NCBI GenBank assembly: GCA_037146995.1
Contig: JBAWWA010000003.1
Span: forward strand, 24,663-88,662
From: a bacterium
Lineage (GTDB): Bacteria > Patescibacteriota > Patescibacteriia > Patescibacteriales > GWE2-39-37
Direction: 5' to 3'
DNA length: 64,000 nucleotides
Positions within the stretch are counted from its first letter, which is position 1. Every line of letters begins with the position of its first letter. A program made the translations under genes and the position numbers. The notes under the pieces were generated by a model. It was not told the DNA's origin. It was given only the letters and a program-made list of their open reading frames with translations, and did not search any database. Shown here in pieces: positions 44,597 through 54,130 of the stretch.

Positions 44597-44640
44597 TTAC
44601 GACATTTATAAAATTAGCATTTATTTGTTATACTAAAATT

Positions 44641-45522
44641 ATGAATAAAAATATTTTACTTGCCATTTTAATTTTACTAGCAGCTCCAAGTGTCTCGCTG
44701 GCCGCCTCAGCCAAGTTATTACTTTACTCAAATTCTGGCGCCTACTCAATCAACAAGGAATTGCCAATTAAGCTCGTCATGAACAGCGGCGGTGAACCAG
44801 GTATTAATGCCGTGGAAAGCAAAATCTCCTTCAATCCTAAAGAACTCAACATTAAAAGAATAGAGCTCACTAATTCTATTTTTGATTTATGGCCACTCAA
44901 GCCCAAAATTAATAACGCCTCAGGCACACTTTCATTCGCGGGTGGGACAACCAAGCCATACAAAGGACTAGCTGGCACAATTCTGACGATAATTTTTGCA
45001 CCGCAAAAAAATATTACCACCAACATCACCTTAAGCACCAGCACTAGCCAGGCCCTAACAGCTGACAACCTGGCCACCAACATTCTGACTCAAGCAGCAG
45101 GCGGAAGTTACCAAATTGTTAGCAAGCTCAACTACAATAAACTTGAACTTTATCGAAACAAAAGTCTTGGCAAAGTATTGATAAATGATAAACAGAAAAA
45201 TAATCTAAGTTATGTTAATCCCCTTGACAGATTGCGCTATGATTTCGCAACCTCTACTGAGATAGAATATTTATACAAACGCTTCGCACAAAAAAATACC
45301 AGTATTTATATAAAAAAATACGAAAAAAGCAAATTCCCGACCAGTGTTGCTGGCAAATTTCTTAGCTCGCAAACTGGCACTACAACCACCTATTATTACA
45401 TTGGTCCAATTAGTCGCAAATCCTACAAACTAGACTCCGGACAGGCAGCATACAAATTATTTCAAGGCATTGGCGCGCCAACGCCGTGGGCAGAAATCAG
45501 CCGTATACCCAATGGAATCTAA
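44641..45522 (+). CDS. secreted protein with a cohesin-like beta-sandwich domain
   Basis: 293 aa. Signal peptide MNKNILLAILILLAAPSVSLAASA. ELPIKLVMNSGGEPGINAVESKISFNPKELNI...GTLSFAGGT...LAGTILTIIFAPQK resembles cohesin-type domains. TGtTATACT lies 6 nt upstream of the ATG and there is no SD. Confidence 0.45.
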   Translation: MNKNILLAILILLAAPSVSLAASAKLLLYSNSGAYSINKELPIKLVMNSGGEPGINAVESKISFNPKELNIKRIELTNSIFDLWPLKPKINNASGTLSFAGGTTKPYKGLAGTILTIIFAPQKNITTNITLSTSTSQALTADNLATNILTQAAGGSYQIVSKLNYNKLELYRNKSLGKVLINDKQKNNLSYVNPLDRLRYDFATSTEIEYLYKRFAQKNTSIYIKKYEKSKFPTSVAGKFLSSQTGTTTTYYYIGPISRKSYKLDSGQAAYKLFQGIGAPTPWAEISRIPNGI

Positions 45523-45533
45523 AATTTAATTTT

Positions 45534-45569
45534 AAAAAAATAGACCGCCCAACTGGGCGGTCTATTTTT
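45534..45569. terminator. bidirectional hairpin terminator
   Basis: AAAAAAATAGACCGCCC-AACT-GGGCGGTCTATTTTTTT is a perfect 10-bp stem between convergent genes. Confidence 0.75.
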
Positions 45570-46856
45570 TTATTTTACTAAGTTCCAATCCTTTAGCTGC
45601 TTAATGATCTTTTGATTGGTTAAAAAATTGAATAAATAGTTCTTATAACTAATCGTTTTTACACGTTCTAAAACCTCCTTATCGTCCTTGTACTGCTCAA
45701 TGGCTTTGGCCAAATATTCTTCAACCTCATTCGCCTCAACCTTGATACCTTCTTTTATACCTATTTCCCTGATCACCAAAATAGTCTTAACCCGCTTCAC
45801 AGCTTCAGGTAACATGTCGAGCTGAATTTCTTCTTTTGATTTTTTAACATTTTGCAAGTAATCATTAATATTGCCACCCTGATGCTCAATGTTATGTTCT
45901 AATTCGTGAAACATCTGCTCGGCTTCGTTTTTGATTACGACCTCTGGAATATCGCCAAATTTAGTTGTTTCCGATATTTTATTCAAAAGCTCAATTTCAA
46001 TTTTCTGAGCCTCTTTTTCAATCTTCTCATGGCGCAAATTTTCAGAAATATTTTTTTGCAATTCCTCATAATTCTTTAAACCAAAGGTGATAGCAAAAGC
46101 GTCATCTAGCCCTGGCATTTCTCGCTTATAAACCTCAACCAAAGTCACCTTAAAGTCAACCATTTTGCCAGCCAAGTTTTTTTGATGATTGTCCTCTGGG
46201 TAGTGCAAATTAAATTCCCTAACCTCTGCCTTTTTCATACCGACAATTTTTTCATCAAAGCCCGGTATGATATAATTTTTGCCAAGAATTACCGCTACAC
46301 CTTTGCCTTGACCGCCCTCAACTGGAACTTTATCCAAATACATTTGAATATCCAAAATAACTTTGTCAGTTTCAGTTACAACCTCTTCTGATATTTTTTC
46401 AATTGCTCTCATTTCAACCAGCTCGGTCATTACTTTTTGCAATTCCGCCTCTGAAATCTCCACCACTGGTTCCTTTAAGGCAAATTCCTTGTAATTGCCC
46501 AAAGTAACTTCAGGCATGGTAGATATTTCTACTTTGAATTCAACAGGATTACCAGGAACAAGCTTAGTGATACTGATCATAGGCTGACCAACCGCTTGTC
46601 GCTCCAAGTTATCAAGCAAAACTTTATCCAAATGCTTATTCACCGCAAATCGGGTGGCCTCTTCCAAAATAGCCAGTTCGCCAACTTTTTGTTTAACCAT
46701 TTCGTATGGCGCTTTGCCTGGTCTGAACCCCTCAATCTTTAGACTAGCTGAGATGGATTCTGTAGCACGCTCCATGAAGGGCTTAATCTCCTCGACCGTC
46801 AATTCAACTGTTAATTCAAATTGGCTTTTTCCTAAATCTTTTTTTGTTACTTGCAT
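45570..46856 (-). CDS. tig: trigger factor
   Basis: 428 aa. N-terminus MQVTKKDLGKSQFELTVELTVEEI...GFRPGKAPYEMV (ribosome-binding GFRxGxxP) and a central FKBP-like region. Confidence 0.88.
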   Translation of the reverse strand: MQVTKKDLGKSQFELTVELTVEEIKPFMERATESISASLKIEGFRPGKAPYEMVKQKVGELAILEEATRFAVNKHLDKVLLDNLERQAVGQPMISITKLVPGNPVEFKVEISTMPEVTLGNYKEFALKEPVVEISEAELQKVMTELVEMRAIEKISEEVVTETDKVILDIQMYLDKVPVEGGQGKGVAVILGKNYIIPGFDEKIVGMKKAEVREFNLHYPEDNHQKNLAGKMVDFKVTLVEVYKREMPGLDDAFAITFGLKNYEELQKNISENLRHEKIEKEAQKIEIELLNKISETTKFGDIPEVVIKNEAEQMFHELEHNIEHQGGNINDYLQNVKKSKEEIQLDMLPEAVKRVKTILVIREIGIKEGIKVEANEVEEYLAKAIEQYKDDKEVLERVKTISYKNYLFNFLTNQKIIKQLKDWNLVK

Positions 46857-46882
46857 ATTTTAATATGTTTAATAATAAACTA

Positions 46883-46906
46883 AGGGGAGGTTAACATCCC
46901 TCCCCT
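46883..46906 (-). terminator. hairpin terminator after the 111-aa ORF
   Basis: AGGGGAGG/CCTCCCCT is an 8-bp GC stem with an 8-nt loop, followed on the minus strand by TAGTTTATTATT. Confidence 0.55.
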
Positions 46907-46917
46907 GATTTTACTGC

Positions 46918-47253
46918 CTAGGCGTAGGCAGCACAACTTGGATCGTAATACTGAGACCTAACCTGCGTCTCCGGTTGTACTTTGGATAATACAATTTTGA
47001 CACCCACGTCATTTATAATCTTTTCACGCACCACGTGTTTACATGATTCTGCCGTACAAAGACCTTTTGACACACCATAAGGTCGAACCTCAGCCACTGA
47101 ATGAACCATACGACGGCCGCAAACACCCATGCAAGGCACTGGATTTCTTGCAAGCGTCATGACAATATCATGACCATGCGCTGTGCCGATAACCTTGTAG
47201 AGTGCTGCCGGTTTTCGAATTTCAACGTGTCTTCTCCGTTCTTTGTTTGCCAT
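46918..47253 (-). CDS. hypothetical Cys-containing protein (111 aa)
   Basis: A strong GGAGG SD precedes the ATG (reverse complement of 47254-47275). CMGVC...CTAESC gives four spaced Cys residues. GC is visibly above the local average. Confidence 0.55.
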   Translation of the reverse strand: MANKERRRHVEIRKPAALYKVIGTAHGHDIVMTLARNPVPCMGVCGRRMVHSVAEVRPYGVSKGLCTAESCKHVVREKIINDVGVKIVLSKVQPETQVRSQYYDPSCAAYA

Positions 47254-47360
47254 GTTGCACTACCTCCGTTGTGAATTCCGACATGTGTGTCGGTTGAAAT
47301 GAACGTTTGAACTCTCAATTGAGCCTCGTCAAATTATACGAGGCTCTATGAAATCTCAAA

Positions 47361-49373
47361 TTAACGTAATAACAAAGTTAATATCAATAAAGCAACAATA
47401 TTAACCACTTTAATCATCGGATTAATGGCTGGTCCGGCCGTATCCTTGTATGGATCACCAACCGTGTCACCAGTCACAGCTGCCTGATGAGCAAAAGACC
47501 CCTTACCGCCATGATGACCCTCTTCGATATATTTCTTGGCGTTATCCCAAGCACCACCACCAGTCGTCATCGAAATGGCGACAAACAAACCAGTTACGAT
47601 TGTGCCAACCAACATACCACCAAGCGCCTCGATACCCAAAGTAAAGCCCACTAAAATTGGTGCCACTACCGGAATAAGCGCCGGGATAGTCATTTCACTA
47701 ATTGCGGCTTTAGTAACAATGTCCACTGTGCGGCCGTAATCAGGCTTTTCAGTGTTTAGCATAATTCCTGGCTTTTCTTTAAATTGTGCTCTCACATCCT
47801 CAACAACTGCTCCGGCCGTTTTACCCACAGCCTGCATCGACAAGGCTCCAAAAAAATATGGCAATGCACCACCAATGAGAAGGCCTGCCAATACGTAGGG
47901 GTTGTCAATCAAAAATTCAGCCGACCCACCTTTCAAAACAACCGTGTGAGCAAAATCTGCAAACAAAACTAAAGCAGCCAAGGCGGCTGAACCAATCGCA
48001 TAGCCCTTAGTAACTGCCTTCGTGGTATTACCCACTGCATCGAGTGGATCAGTGATATTGCGCACATCCTCACCCATCTCTGCCATCTCAGCGATTCCTC
48101 CAGCATTATCAGTAATAGGACCAAACGAATCAATGGCAACAATAATACCGGCCATAGAAAGCATCGCCATAGCGGCAATGGCTACACCATAGATATCGGC
48201 CAAGGCATAAGAGCCCAAAATTGCGGCAACAATCACGATTACAGGCAAAGCTGTAGATTTCATTGAAACCGCTAAACCTGTAATAATATTCGTGCCATGA
48301 CCAGTCTCTGATGATTTGGCAATATCTTTTACGGGTTGATATTTTGTGGAAGTATAATACTCAGTTATTACCACGATAGCGGCCGTCACGGCTAAACCAA
48401 TCAAGGCTGAAAGATACAAATTCGGCACGCCATACAAACCGTTATCCTTCATGAAATAAACAGTTACAGGATAAAAGGCAGCAGCTGATAACAAGCCAGC
48501 GGCAATCAAGCCTTTGTACAAAGCCATCATAATATTGCCATCCTTACCCAATTTAACAAAAAAAGTACCGGCGATTGAGGCAAAAATTGCTACACCACCC
48601 AGCACCAGTGGGTACAAAATTGCATTTAAATTATAGTCAAACATCAAGGCACCCAAAACCATGGTTGCAATTGAGGTTACGGCATAGGTCTCAAAGAGAT
48701 CTGCCGCCATACCAGCACAATCACCAACGTTATCACCAACATTATCAGCAATAACTGCTGGATTACGTGGATCATCTTCGGGAATACCGGCTTCTACCTT
48801 ACCGACCAGGTCAGCGCCAACATCGGCTGCTTTGGTAAAAATACCGCCCCCAAGTCGAGCAAAAATAGAGATTAAAGAACCGCCAAAAGCTAGACCGATC
48901 AACGACTCAATGGCCTTTTCCGTACCAATAAGCTTTGAAGCACCAAAATAAAAACCTGCAGTGCCAAGTAAAGCCAAACCAACAACTAGCATGCCAGTAA
49001 CAGTACCACCTCTGAAAGCTACATCCAAAGCCTTTTGCATGCCGCCTCTAGCAGCCTCAGCTGTTCGAATATTGGCACGTACTGACACGTACATACCAAT
49101 ATAACCAGTTAAACCAGAAAGTACAGCACCCACTAAAAAGGCGACCGCAGTCGGCCAACCCAACCCAGCACCAATTGCCACAAACAAAACAGCTGCCACC
49201 ATAGCTACTGTTTTATATTGCCTATTCATATAGGCATTAGCACCTTCTTGAATAGCCTTGGCAATGGCTTGCATTTTTTCATTGCCTGTACCGAGCTTCA
49301 ACACAACCTGGATGAGAATCGCACCATAGACAATGGCCGCTACAGCGCTTCCCAACACGAATAATGTAATCAT
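47361..49373 (-). CDS. hppA: membrane-bound H+/Na+-translocating pyrophosphatase
   Basis: 670 aa, polytopic. [50 protein letters not shown] and [18 protein letters not shown] are diagnostic M-PPase motifs. Confidence 0.95.
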   Translation of the reverse strand: MITLFVLGSAVAAIVYGAILIQVVLKLGTGNEKMQAIAKAIQEGANAYMNRQYKTVAMVAAVLFVAIGAGLGWPTAVAFLVGAVLSGLTGYIGMYVSVRANIRTAEAARGGMQKALDVAFRGGTVTGMLVVGLALLGTAGFYFGASKLIGTEKAIESLIGLAFGGSLISIFARLGGGIFTKAADVGADLVGKVEAGIPEDDPRNPAVIADNVGDNVGDCAGMAADLFETYAVTSIATMVLGALMFDYNLNAILYPLVLGGVAIFASIAGTFFVKLGKDGNIMMALYKGLIAAGLLSAAAFYPVTVYFMKDNGLYGVPNLYLSALIGLAVTAAIVVITEYYTSTKYQPVKDIAKSSETGHGTNIITGLAVSMKSTALPVIVIVAAILGSYALADIYGVAIAAMAMLSMAGIIVAIDSFGPITDNAGGIAEMAEMGEDVRNITDPLDAVGNTTKAVTKGYAIGSAALAALVLFADFAHTVVLKGGSAEFLIDNPYVLAGLLIGGALPYFFGALSMQAVGKTAGAVVEDVRAQFKEKPGIMLNTEKPDYGRTVDIVTKAAISEMTIPALIPVVAPILVGFTLGIEALGGMLVGTIVTGLFVAISMTTGGGAWDNAKKYIEEGHHGGKGSFAHQAAVTGDTVGDPYKDTAGPAINPMIKVVNIVALLILTLLLR

Positions 49374-49398
49374 TGGTTCGTTATTATAAAATTAATTA

Positions 49399-50595
49399 TT
49401 ATTCTGAAACCTCCTCGTTGTCATTATTTTCGTCGTCTACGGCCTCTTTGTCAAGGGCCAATTCCGTTTTTACACCTCTACTTGATATATCAATTTTCCA
49501 ACCAGTCAAACGCGCTGCTAATCTGGCATTTTGACCACCCTTGCCAATCGCAAGTGACAGCTGATCTTCATCAACCCAAACAAGAGCCCTATTCTCTTTT
49601 TCATTTAATTCGACCGCATTAATACGGGCTGGCGCCAAAGCATTAGAAATGAATTTGGCGACATCGTCATCAAAGCTCACTATATCCACCTTCTCACCGC
49701 CCAACTCCTGAATAATGTTTTGAATACGGGCACCACGCTGACCGACACATGAACCGATTGGGTCAACTTTGTCAGACGAGGTGTAGACAGCAACTTTAGC
49801 GCGAGCACCTGCTTCACGTGCCACAGCCTTCAAATCCACCAAGCCATTTGATATCTCCGGTATTTCTAAATAAAATATTTTTCGTAAAATCTCATCAGAA
49901 GTGCGAGACAAAATAATCTCCGGTCCCTTTGGTGACATGCGCACTTCTTTCACATAAACCTTGATGCGATCACCCACATTATAGCGTTCACCCTGAATTT
50001 GTTCATCAGGCAATACAACGCCAGTGGACTTGCCCATATCGACAAAAACCACGCCGCCTTCGCGTCGCTGAATAACACCAGTGACAACCTCATGTTCCTT
50101 GTCTTTGAACTCACTAAAGACCATGTCTCTTTCTGCTTCACGCAAACGTTGAATAATAACCTGCTTGGCAGTCTGTGCTGCCATGCGGCCATATTCTGAT
50201 GGAATTTCTAATTTTGTGCGAACCTCGTCACCCAACTTAACTCCCTTTTTAATCAATCGAGCAATTGAGATCTGCATCTCTGTTTTAGGATTATATCTAT
50301 GAACCTCTTCTTCACCATCCTCCAGACTCACATAAGCATTTAACTCCTCATGAACAATCGGTTCACCATTTTCGTCTAAGTCCTCTTCTGGCACGTCTTC
50401 GACGACAATTTTAACATCATAAACCTTCGACTTGCCAGACTCTGGGTCAAATTCAACTTTAATATTTTGATTTTTTTCACCAAAGTCTTTGCGATAAGCA
50501 GCAGCAAGGGCCGATTCCACGGTTTCTAACACCGCTTCAAACGACAAGCCTTTTTCTTCACAAATCACTTTCATGGCACTTGAAATATCGGACAT
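49399..50595 (-). CDS. nusA: transcription termination/antitermination factor NusA
   Basis: From the ATG at 50595: MSDISSAMKVICEEKGLSFEAVLETVESALAAAYRK, an S1 region (VVTGVIQRREGGVVFVDMG), and two KH regions (VGQRGARIQNI and IGKGGQNARLAARLTGWKIDI). Confidence 0.92.
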   Translation of the reverse strand: MSDISSAMKVICEEKGLSFEAVLETVESALAAAYRKDFGEKNQNIKVEFDPESGKSKVYDVKIVVEDVPEEDLDENGEPIVHEELNAYVSLEDGEEEVHRYNPKTEMQISIARLIKKGVKLGDEVRTKLEIPSEYGRMAAQTAKQVIIQRLREAERDMVFSEFKDKEHEVVTGVIQRREGGVVFVDMGKSTGVVLPDEQIQGERYNVGDRIKVYVKEVRMSPKGPEIILSRTSDEILRKIFYLEIPEISNGLVDLKAVAREAGARAKVAVYTSSDKVDPIGSCVGQRGARIQNIIQELGGEKVDIVSFDDDVAKFISNALAPARINAVELNEKENRALVWVDEDQLSLAIGKGGQNARLAARLTGWKIDISSRGVKTELALDKEAVDDENNDNEEVSE

Positions 50596-50794
50596 GTATT
50601 TTTCTATTGAAATGCTAAATTTTCTAGCAATTTCAGTTAAATTAAGTTTTATAATAAAAAAAGCTAATTGTAAAAACAACTAGCCTTATTTAAAATTTAC
50701 CATAACTTGTTAAAAATGTCAATCCTGCAAATATCAAAGCCCCAGGGTTAAGTGGGGCTATTTCATATTTAATTGTGGTTTCAGCAAAGCTGTT

Positions 50795-51112
50795 TTATTT
50801 ACTCTTGCCACCAAAATAGGTGTCTTTTAGTAAATCAAGGTTAATACACAGCATTGTCGTCTTGATTACCCCAATTGACGGAATTTTTCCACCAAAATCT
50901 TGCTGACTCAATTCTTCCAACGAAATGAGGTGCTCAAGAGGATTGAGCTGGTCATCAATAATTTCTTCAACAGGCACAAAACCATTTAAAGGATCAAAAT
51001 TGCGATTATCACCTGGTGCTAAATCATTTGCAAATTCTGCAAATATCTCATCATTCAATAATTCATTTGCAGCAAGTGATTCTTTCGACATTACCGTAAC
51101 TAAGTCATGCAT
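50795..51112 (-). CDS. hypothetical acidic protein
   Basis: 105-aa ORF between pnp and nusA. No motif recognised. Confidence 0.4.
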   Translation of the reverse strand: MHDLVTVMSKESLAANELLNDEIFAEFANDLAPGDNRNFDPLNGFVPVEEIIDDQLNPLEHLISLEELSQQDFGGKIPSIGVIKTTMLCINLDLLKDTYFGGKSK

Positions 51113-51193
51113 AGTTACCCCCTTGTAGCCAAATATGGCAATTTGGAATTTACTAGTTTAAGCCTAACCCGATTGCATCCGCTCGTCAATAGC

Positions 51194-51220
51194 AAAAAAC
51201 CCGAGCTACATGAGCTCGGG
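51194..51220 (-). terminator. intrinsic terminator downstream of pnp
   Basis: The minus strand reads CCCGAGC-TCATGTA-GCTCGGG followed by TTTTTTG. Confidence 0.7.
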
Positions 51221-51232
51221 TCTTTCTATAAA

Positions 51233-53524
51233 CTATTTTCGATCAAAATTTCTTGGTCTGTCGCCACCGGGCCTAGGTCCTCTGTCACCACCTGGACGTG
51301 GACCACGATCACCACCTCGATTAAAGCCACCACCAGCTTCAGCAGTTTGCTTACCCTTTTCATCTTTCCATAAAGCTTGATTTTCTTCGAGTCCTTTCAT
51401 GGTCAGGTTAACACGACCTTTTTCATCTATCTCCTTAATCTTAACGGTTACCGTGTCGCCCTCATTTACAAAATCTGATGGACGACCGACACGATAAGGT
51501 GCCATTTCCGAAACATGAACCATGCCATCATTGCCTGGTGTCAACTCAACGAAGGCGCCAAAATCAAGCATGCGCACAACCTTGCCCGTAAAGACTTCAC
51601 CCGCAACAAATTCACGAACAATATTCTTAATCCAATCAATCGCCTCTTGAGTCTTACCCGCATCAGTACCACATACCATCACCAAACCGTCATCTTCAAT
51701 ATCAATTGTTACGCCCGTTGCTGCAATAATCTCATTGATCACCTTGCCACCAGTACCGATAACATCACGAATCTTGTCAGGATTAATATGAAATGAGGTA
51801 ATTCGTGGCGCATATTGCGACAATTCTGGTCGAACTGTCGGTATAGCCTGCTGCATAATATCAAGAATCTGCAAACGAGCATTTTTGCCTTGACGTAATG
51901 CCTCAGCAATAATTTCTTTTGTCAGACCAATAGTCTTGGTATCCAATTGAATGGCCGTAATACCAGAGTCATGACCAGCTACCTTGAAATCCATGCCACC
52001 TTTACCATCCTCCAAATCCTGAATATCGGTAATAACCTGCCACTCACTCATGTCTTCATTCGAGGCAATACCGATAGCAATACCCGCTACTGGCTTACGA
52101 ATCGGCACACCAGCATCCATCAGAGCTAAGGTTGAGCCACAAGTTGAAGCCATCGATGACGAACCATTAGAACCCAAAGTCTCAGACACCACACGAATAG
52201 TATATGGAAAATCCTCCTTTGGGGGTAACATGTTAATAAGTGCTTTTTCAGCAAGTGCTCCGTGACCAATATCACGACGACTTGGCACGCCCATGTTTTT
52301 TACCTCACCAACAGAATATGGTGGGAAATTATAGTGATGCATGTAACGTTTTGTGCCAGCACCTTCGATACCTTCAAGACTCTGCTCTAGACCTGCCGAA
52401 CCCAGAGTTACCACCGACATCACCTGAGTCTCGCCACGGCTAAACAAGCCAGATCCATGAGTTCTAGGCAGTAGTGAAACTTCAGAATATAAGGGACGAA
52501 TCTCTTCGATGCCACGACCATCGACACGTTTCTTTTCTTTAAGAATGCCTTCCGTAACCGCCTCTTCAACAATTGGGAAAAGTAATTTGCCAATTGCTTT
52601 TGCACGGTGATCCTTGCTGATGCCGTTTTCAAACAAGTAGGCATCAAGCTGATGCTTTAGTTCTACGACTGCCCCCTTGCGCTCACCCTTAGAGTTTAAC
52701 TCTTTATCAAAAATAATTTGCTTCACATTGGCCTTTAGCCAGGTCGTTGCCATCTCTGATGCTTTTTGCCACGCCTCGTCAACCGCCAAATCATCAACAT
52801 GCACCAACTTTTTATACTCTTTGGCTTTGACCTTTGGAGCTGCAATTTTCAATTTTTCAATAACATCGATGGCACCAGCCATCATCTTTTGTCCTTGATC
52901 AATCGCTTCCAAAGCATCTTCCTCAGTCAACTCAGTTGCCCCTGCCTCAATCATCAAAGTACGCGCACGCGTACCAGCCACAATTATGTCGATATCGCTC
53001 AAAGCACGCTCCGAGTAGGTTGGGTTAAATACCAACTTTCCATCAACGCGTCCAACACGAATACCTGCAATCGGACCATCCCAAGGTAAACCAGAGATTG
53101 ACAATGCAGCCGAAGCGGCAACAAGGGCAACAATATCATGATCGTTTTCTTGATCAGCTGACAATACTGTCAGAACGATCTGTACATCTTTGCGCGAATC
53201 ACCAGAAAATAAAGGACGGATTGAGCGATCGATCATGCGACCAGACAAAACTGCATCCTCAGTTGGACGACCTTCACGCTTCAACCAACGAGAACCCTTA
53301 ATAATACCTGCGGCATACAAGCGCTCTTCTAGCTCAATACTCAAGGGAAAGAAATCGATCCCATTACGCTCTTCTTTGGCCTCAACAACGGTGGCCAAAA
53401 TTACCGTATCAGCATAAGAAACTACAACTGAGGCCGTTGCTTGTTTAGCCAGCTTACCAGTTTTGATAGTCAGAGTGCGGCCAAGCCACTCCCCGCTAAC
53501 CACCGTCTCCTTTTCCTGTGCCAT
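51233..53524 (-). CDS. pnp: polyribonucleotide nucleotidyltransferase (PNPase) with an Arg/Gly/Pro-rich repeat tail
   Basis: From the ATG at 53524 (AAGGTGG SD): two RNase PH domains, KH (IRDVIGTGGKVINEI), S1 (GEVFTGKVVRMLDFGAFVEL) and the tail GGGFNRGGDRGPRPGGDRGPRPGGDRPRNFDRK. Confidence 0.93.
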   Translation of the reverse strand: MAQEKETVVSGEWLGRTLTIKTGKLAKQATASVVVSYADTVILATVVEAKEERNGIDFFPLSIELEERLYAAGIIKGSRWLKREGRPTEDAVLSGRMIDRSIRPLFSGDSRKDVQIVLTVLSADQENDHDIVALVAASAALSISGLPWDGPIAGIRVGRVDGKLVFNPTYSERALSDIDIIVAGTRARTLMIEAGATELTEEDALEAIDQGQKMMAGAIDVIEKLKIAAPKVKAKEYKKLVHVDDLAVDEAWQKASEMATTWLKANVKQIIFDKELNSKGERKGAVVELKHQLDAYLFENGISKDHRAKAIGKLLFPIVEEAVTEGILKEKKRVDGRGIEEIRPLYSEVSLLPRTHGSGLFSRGETQVMSVVTLGSAGLEQSLEGIEGAGTKRYMHHYNFPPYSVGEVKNMGVPSRRDIGHGALAEKALINMLPPKEDFPYTIRVVSETLGSNGSSSMASTCGSTLALMDAGVPIRKPVAGIAIGIASNEDMSEWQVITDIQDLEDGKGGMDFKVAGHDSGITAIQLDTKTIGLTKEIIAEALRQGKNARLQILDIMQQAIPTVRPELSQYAPRITSFHINPDKIRDVIGTGGKVINEIIAATGVTIDIEDDGLVMVCGTDAGKTQEAIDWIKNIVREFVAGEVFTGKVVRMLDFGAFVELTPGNDGMVHVSEMAPYRVGRPSDFVNEGDTVTVKIKEIDEKGRVNLTMKGLEENQALWKDEKGKQTAEAGGGFNRGGDRGPRPGGDRGPRPGGDRPRNFDRK

Positions 53525-53655
53525 TACAGCACCACCTTCTTTTTGGTCTTTTCCAAATAACCACATAAACATTAGAGTCGCGACCCGCGAACTATCAACC
53601 ATGAATCAATTGAATGACTTGAGCTGAATAATTTTCGATGAGCGACTAATTTACC

Positions 53656-53714
53656 TGGTCGACAAACTTTAGGACTATGGTTTTAACCCCACAGCTCTAC
53701 CTGTTTGTCGACCA
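53656..53714 (-). promoter_or_regulatory. long perfect hairpin in the pnp upstream region
   Basis: TGGTCGACAAAC (53656-53667) is the exact reverse complement of GTTTGTCGACCA (53703-53714). The 35-nt loop can form an inner CTGTGG/CCATAG stem. It lies about 130-190 nt upstream of the pnp ATG. Confidence 0.5.
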
Positions 53715-53774
53715 ATTATTTAAATTAACTAACCGCAATTCATGGCGGTCTTTGAGGCCGCCACTTATAAATTG

Positions 53775-54014
53775 TTATGATTTTTTTTCAACGCTGGTAA
53801 TTAAATACGTTTTGAGCGATCGTGTTTCTGGCCTGAAATAAATCAAAATGAATGTTACCAGGCAATAATTTTCCCAATTGGGAAATTTTACCAAACTAGC
53901 TATCAAGCCAAAAACCACAGCCAAACCATTTAATATTACAAGTAGCATTGCCAACCACAAAATCAACATATAGGACAAAATCCGCCCAATCTCTCTTAGC
54001 AGCTGCCAATTCAT
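53775..54014 (-). CDS. small membrane protein
   Basis: 79 aa from the ATG at 54014 (AAAGGAGG SD 5 nt upstream). Two or three hydrophobic helices. Confidence 0.5.
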   Translation of the reverse strand: MNWQLLREIGRILSYMLILWLAMLLVILNGLAVVFGLIASLVKFPNWENYCLVTFILIYFRPETRSLKTYLITSVEKKS

Positions 54015-54130
54015 AACAACCTCCTTTTGCCGCACCAAAGCCTTCGCTTTAGTGGGTTAAATTTAATGTACACTTCTAATGAAGAATGGAGTCCTGATTT
54101 TAAAAAATCAGAACTTTATCTTAACAAGAC

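Larger units (their letters stand above)
36381..44597. mobile_element. integrated island of about 8.2 kb: serine recombinase, HTH and DUF5659-like genes, R-M cassette and a HEPN-like gene
   Basis: Bounded by tRNA-Asp with its terminator on the left, and by a strong hairpin terminator (44566-44596) followed by core genes (cohesin-like, tig) on the right. Content is typical of mobile and defence DNA. The R-M part is much more AT-rich than the core: hand count 16/60 G+C at 41281-41340 versus 28/60 at 10141-10200 and at 48001-48060. Exact ends are not determined. Confidence 0.6.

Noticed and set aside
51515-53417. Numerous antisense or off-frame ORFs of 60-140 aa inside pnp, leuS, hppA, lysS, nusA and the histidine kinase gene (for example 23208..23624+, 47450..48178, 52766..53089+, 16887..17501-)
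   Set aside because: They are embedded in long, motif-verified housekeeping genes on the other strand or in another frame. This is typical shadow-ORF behaviour.
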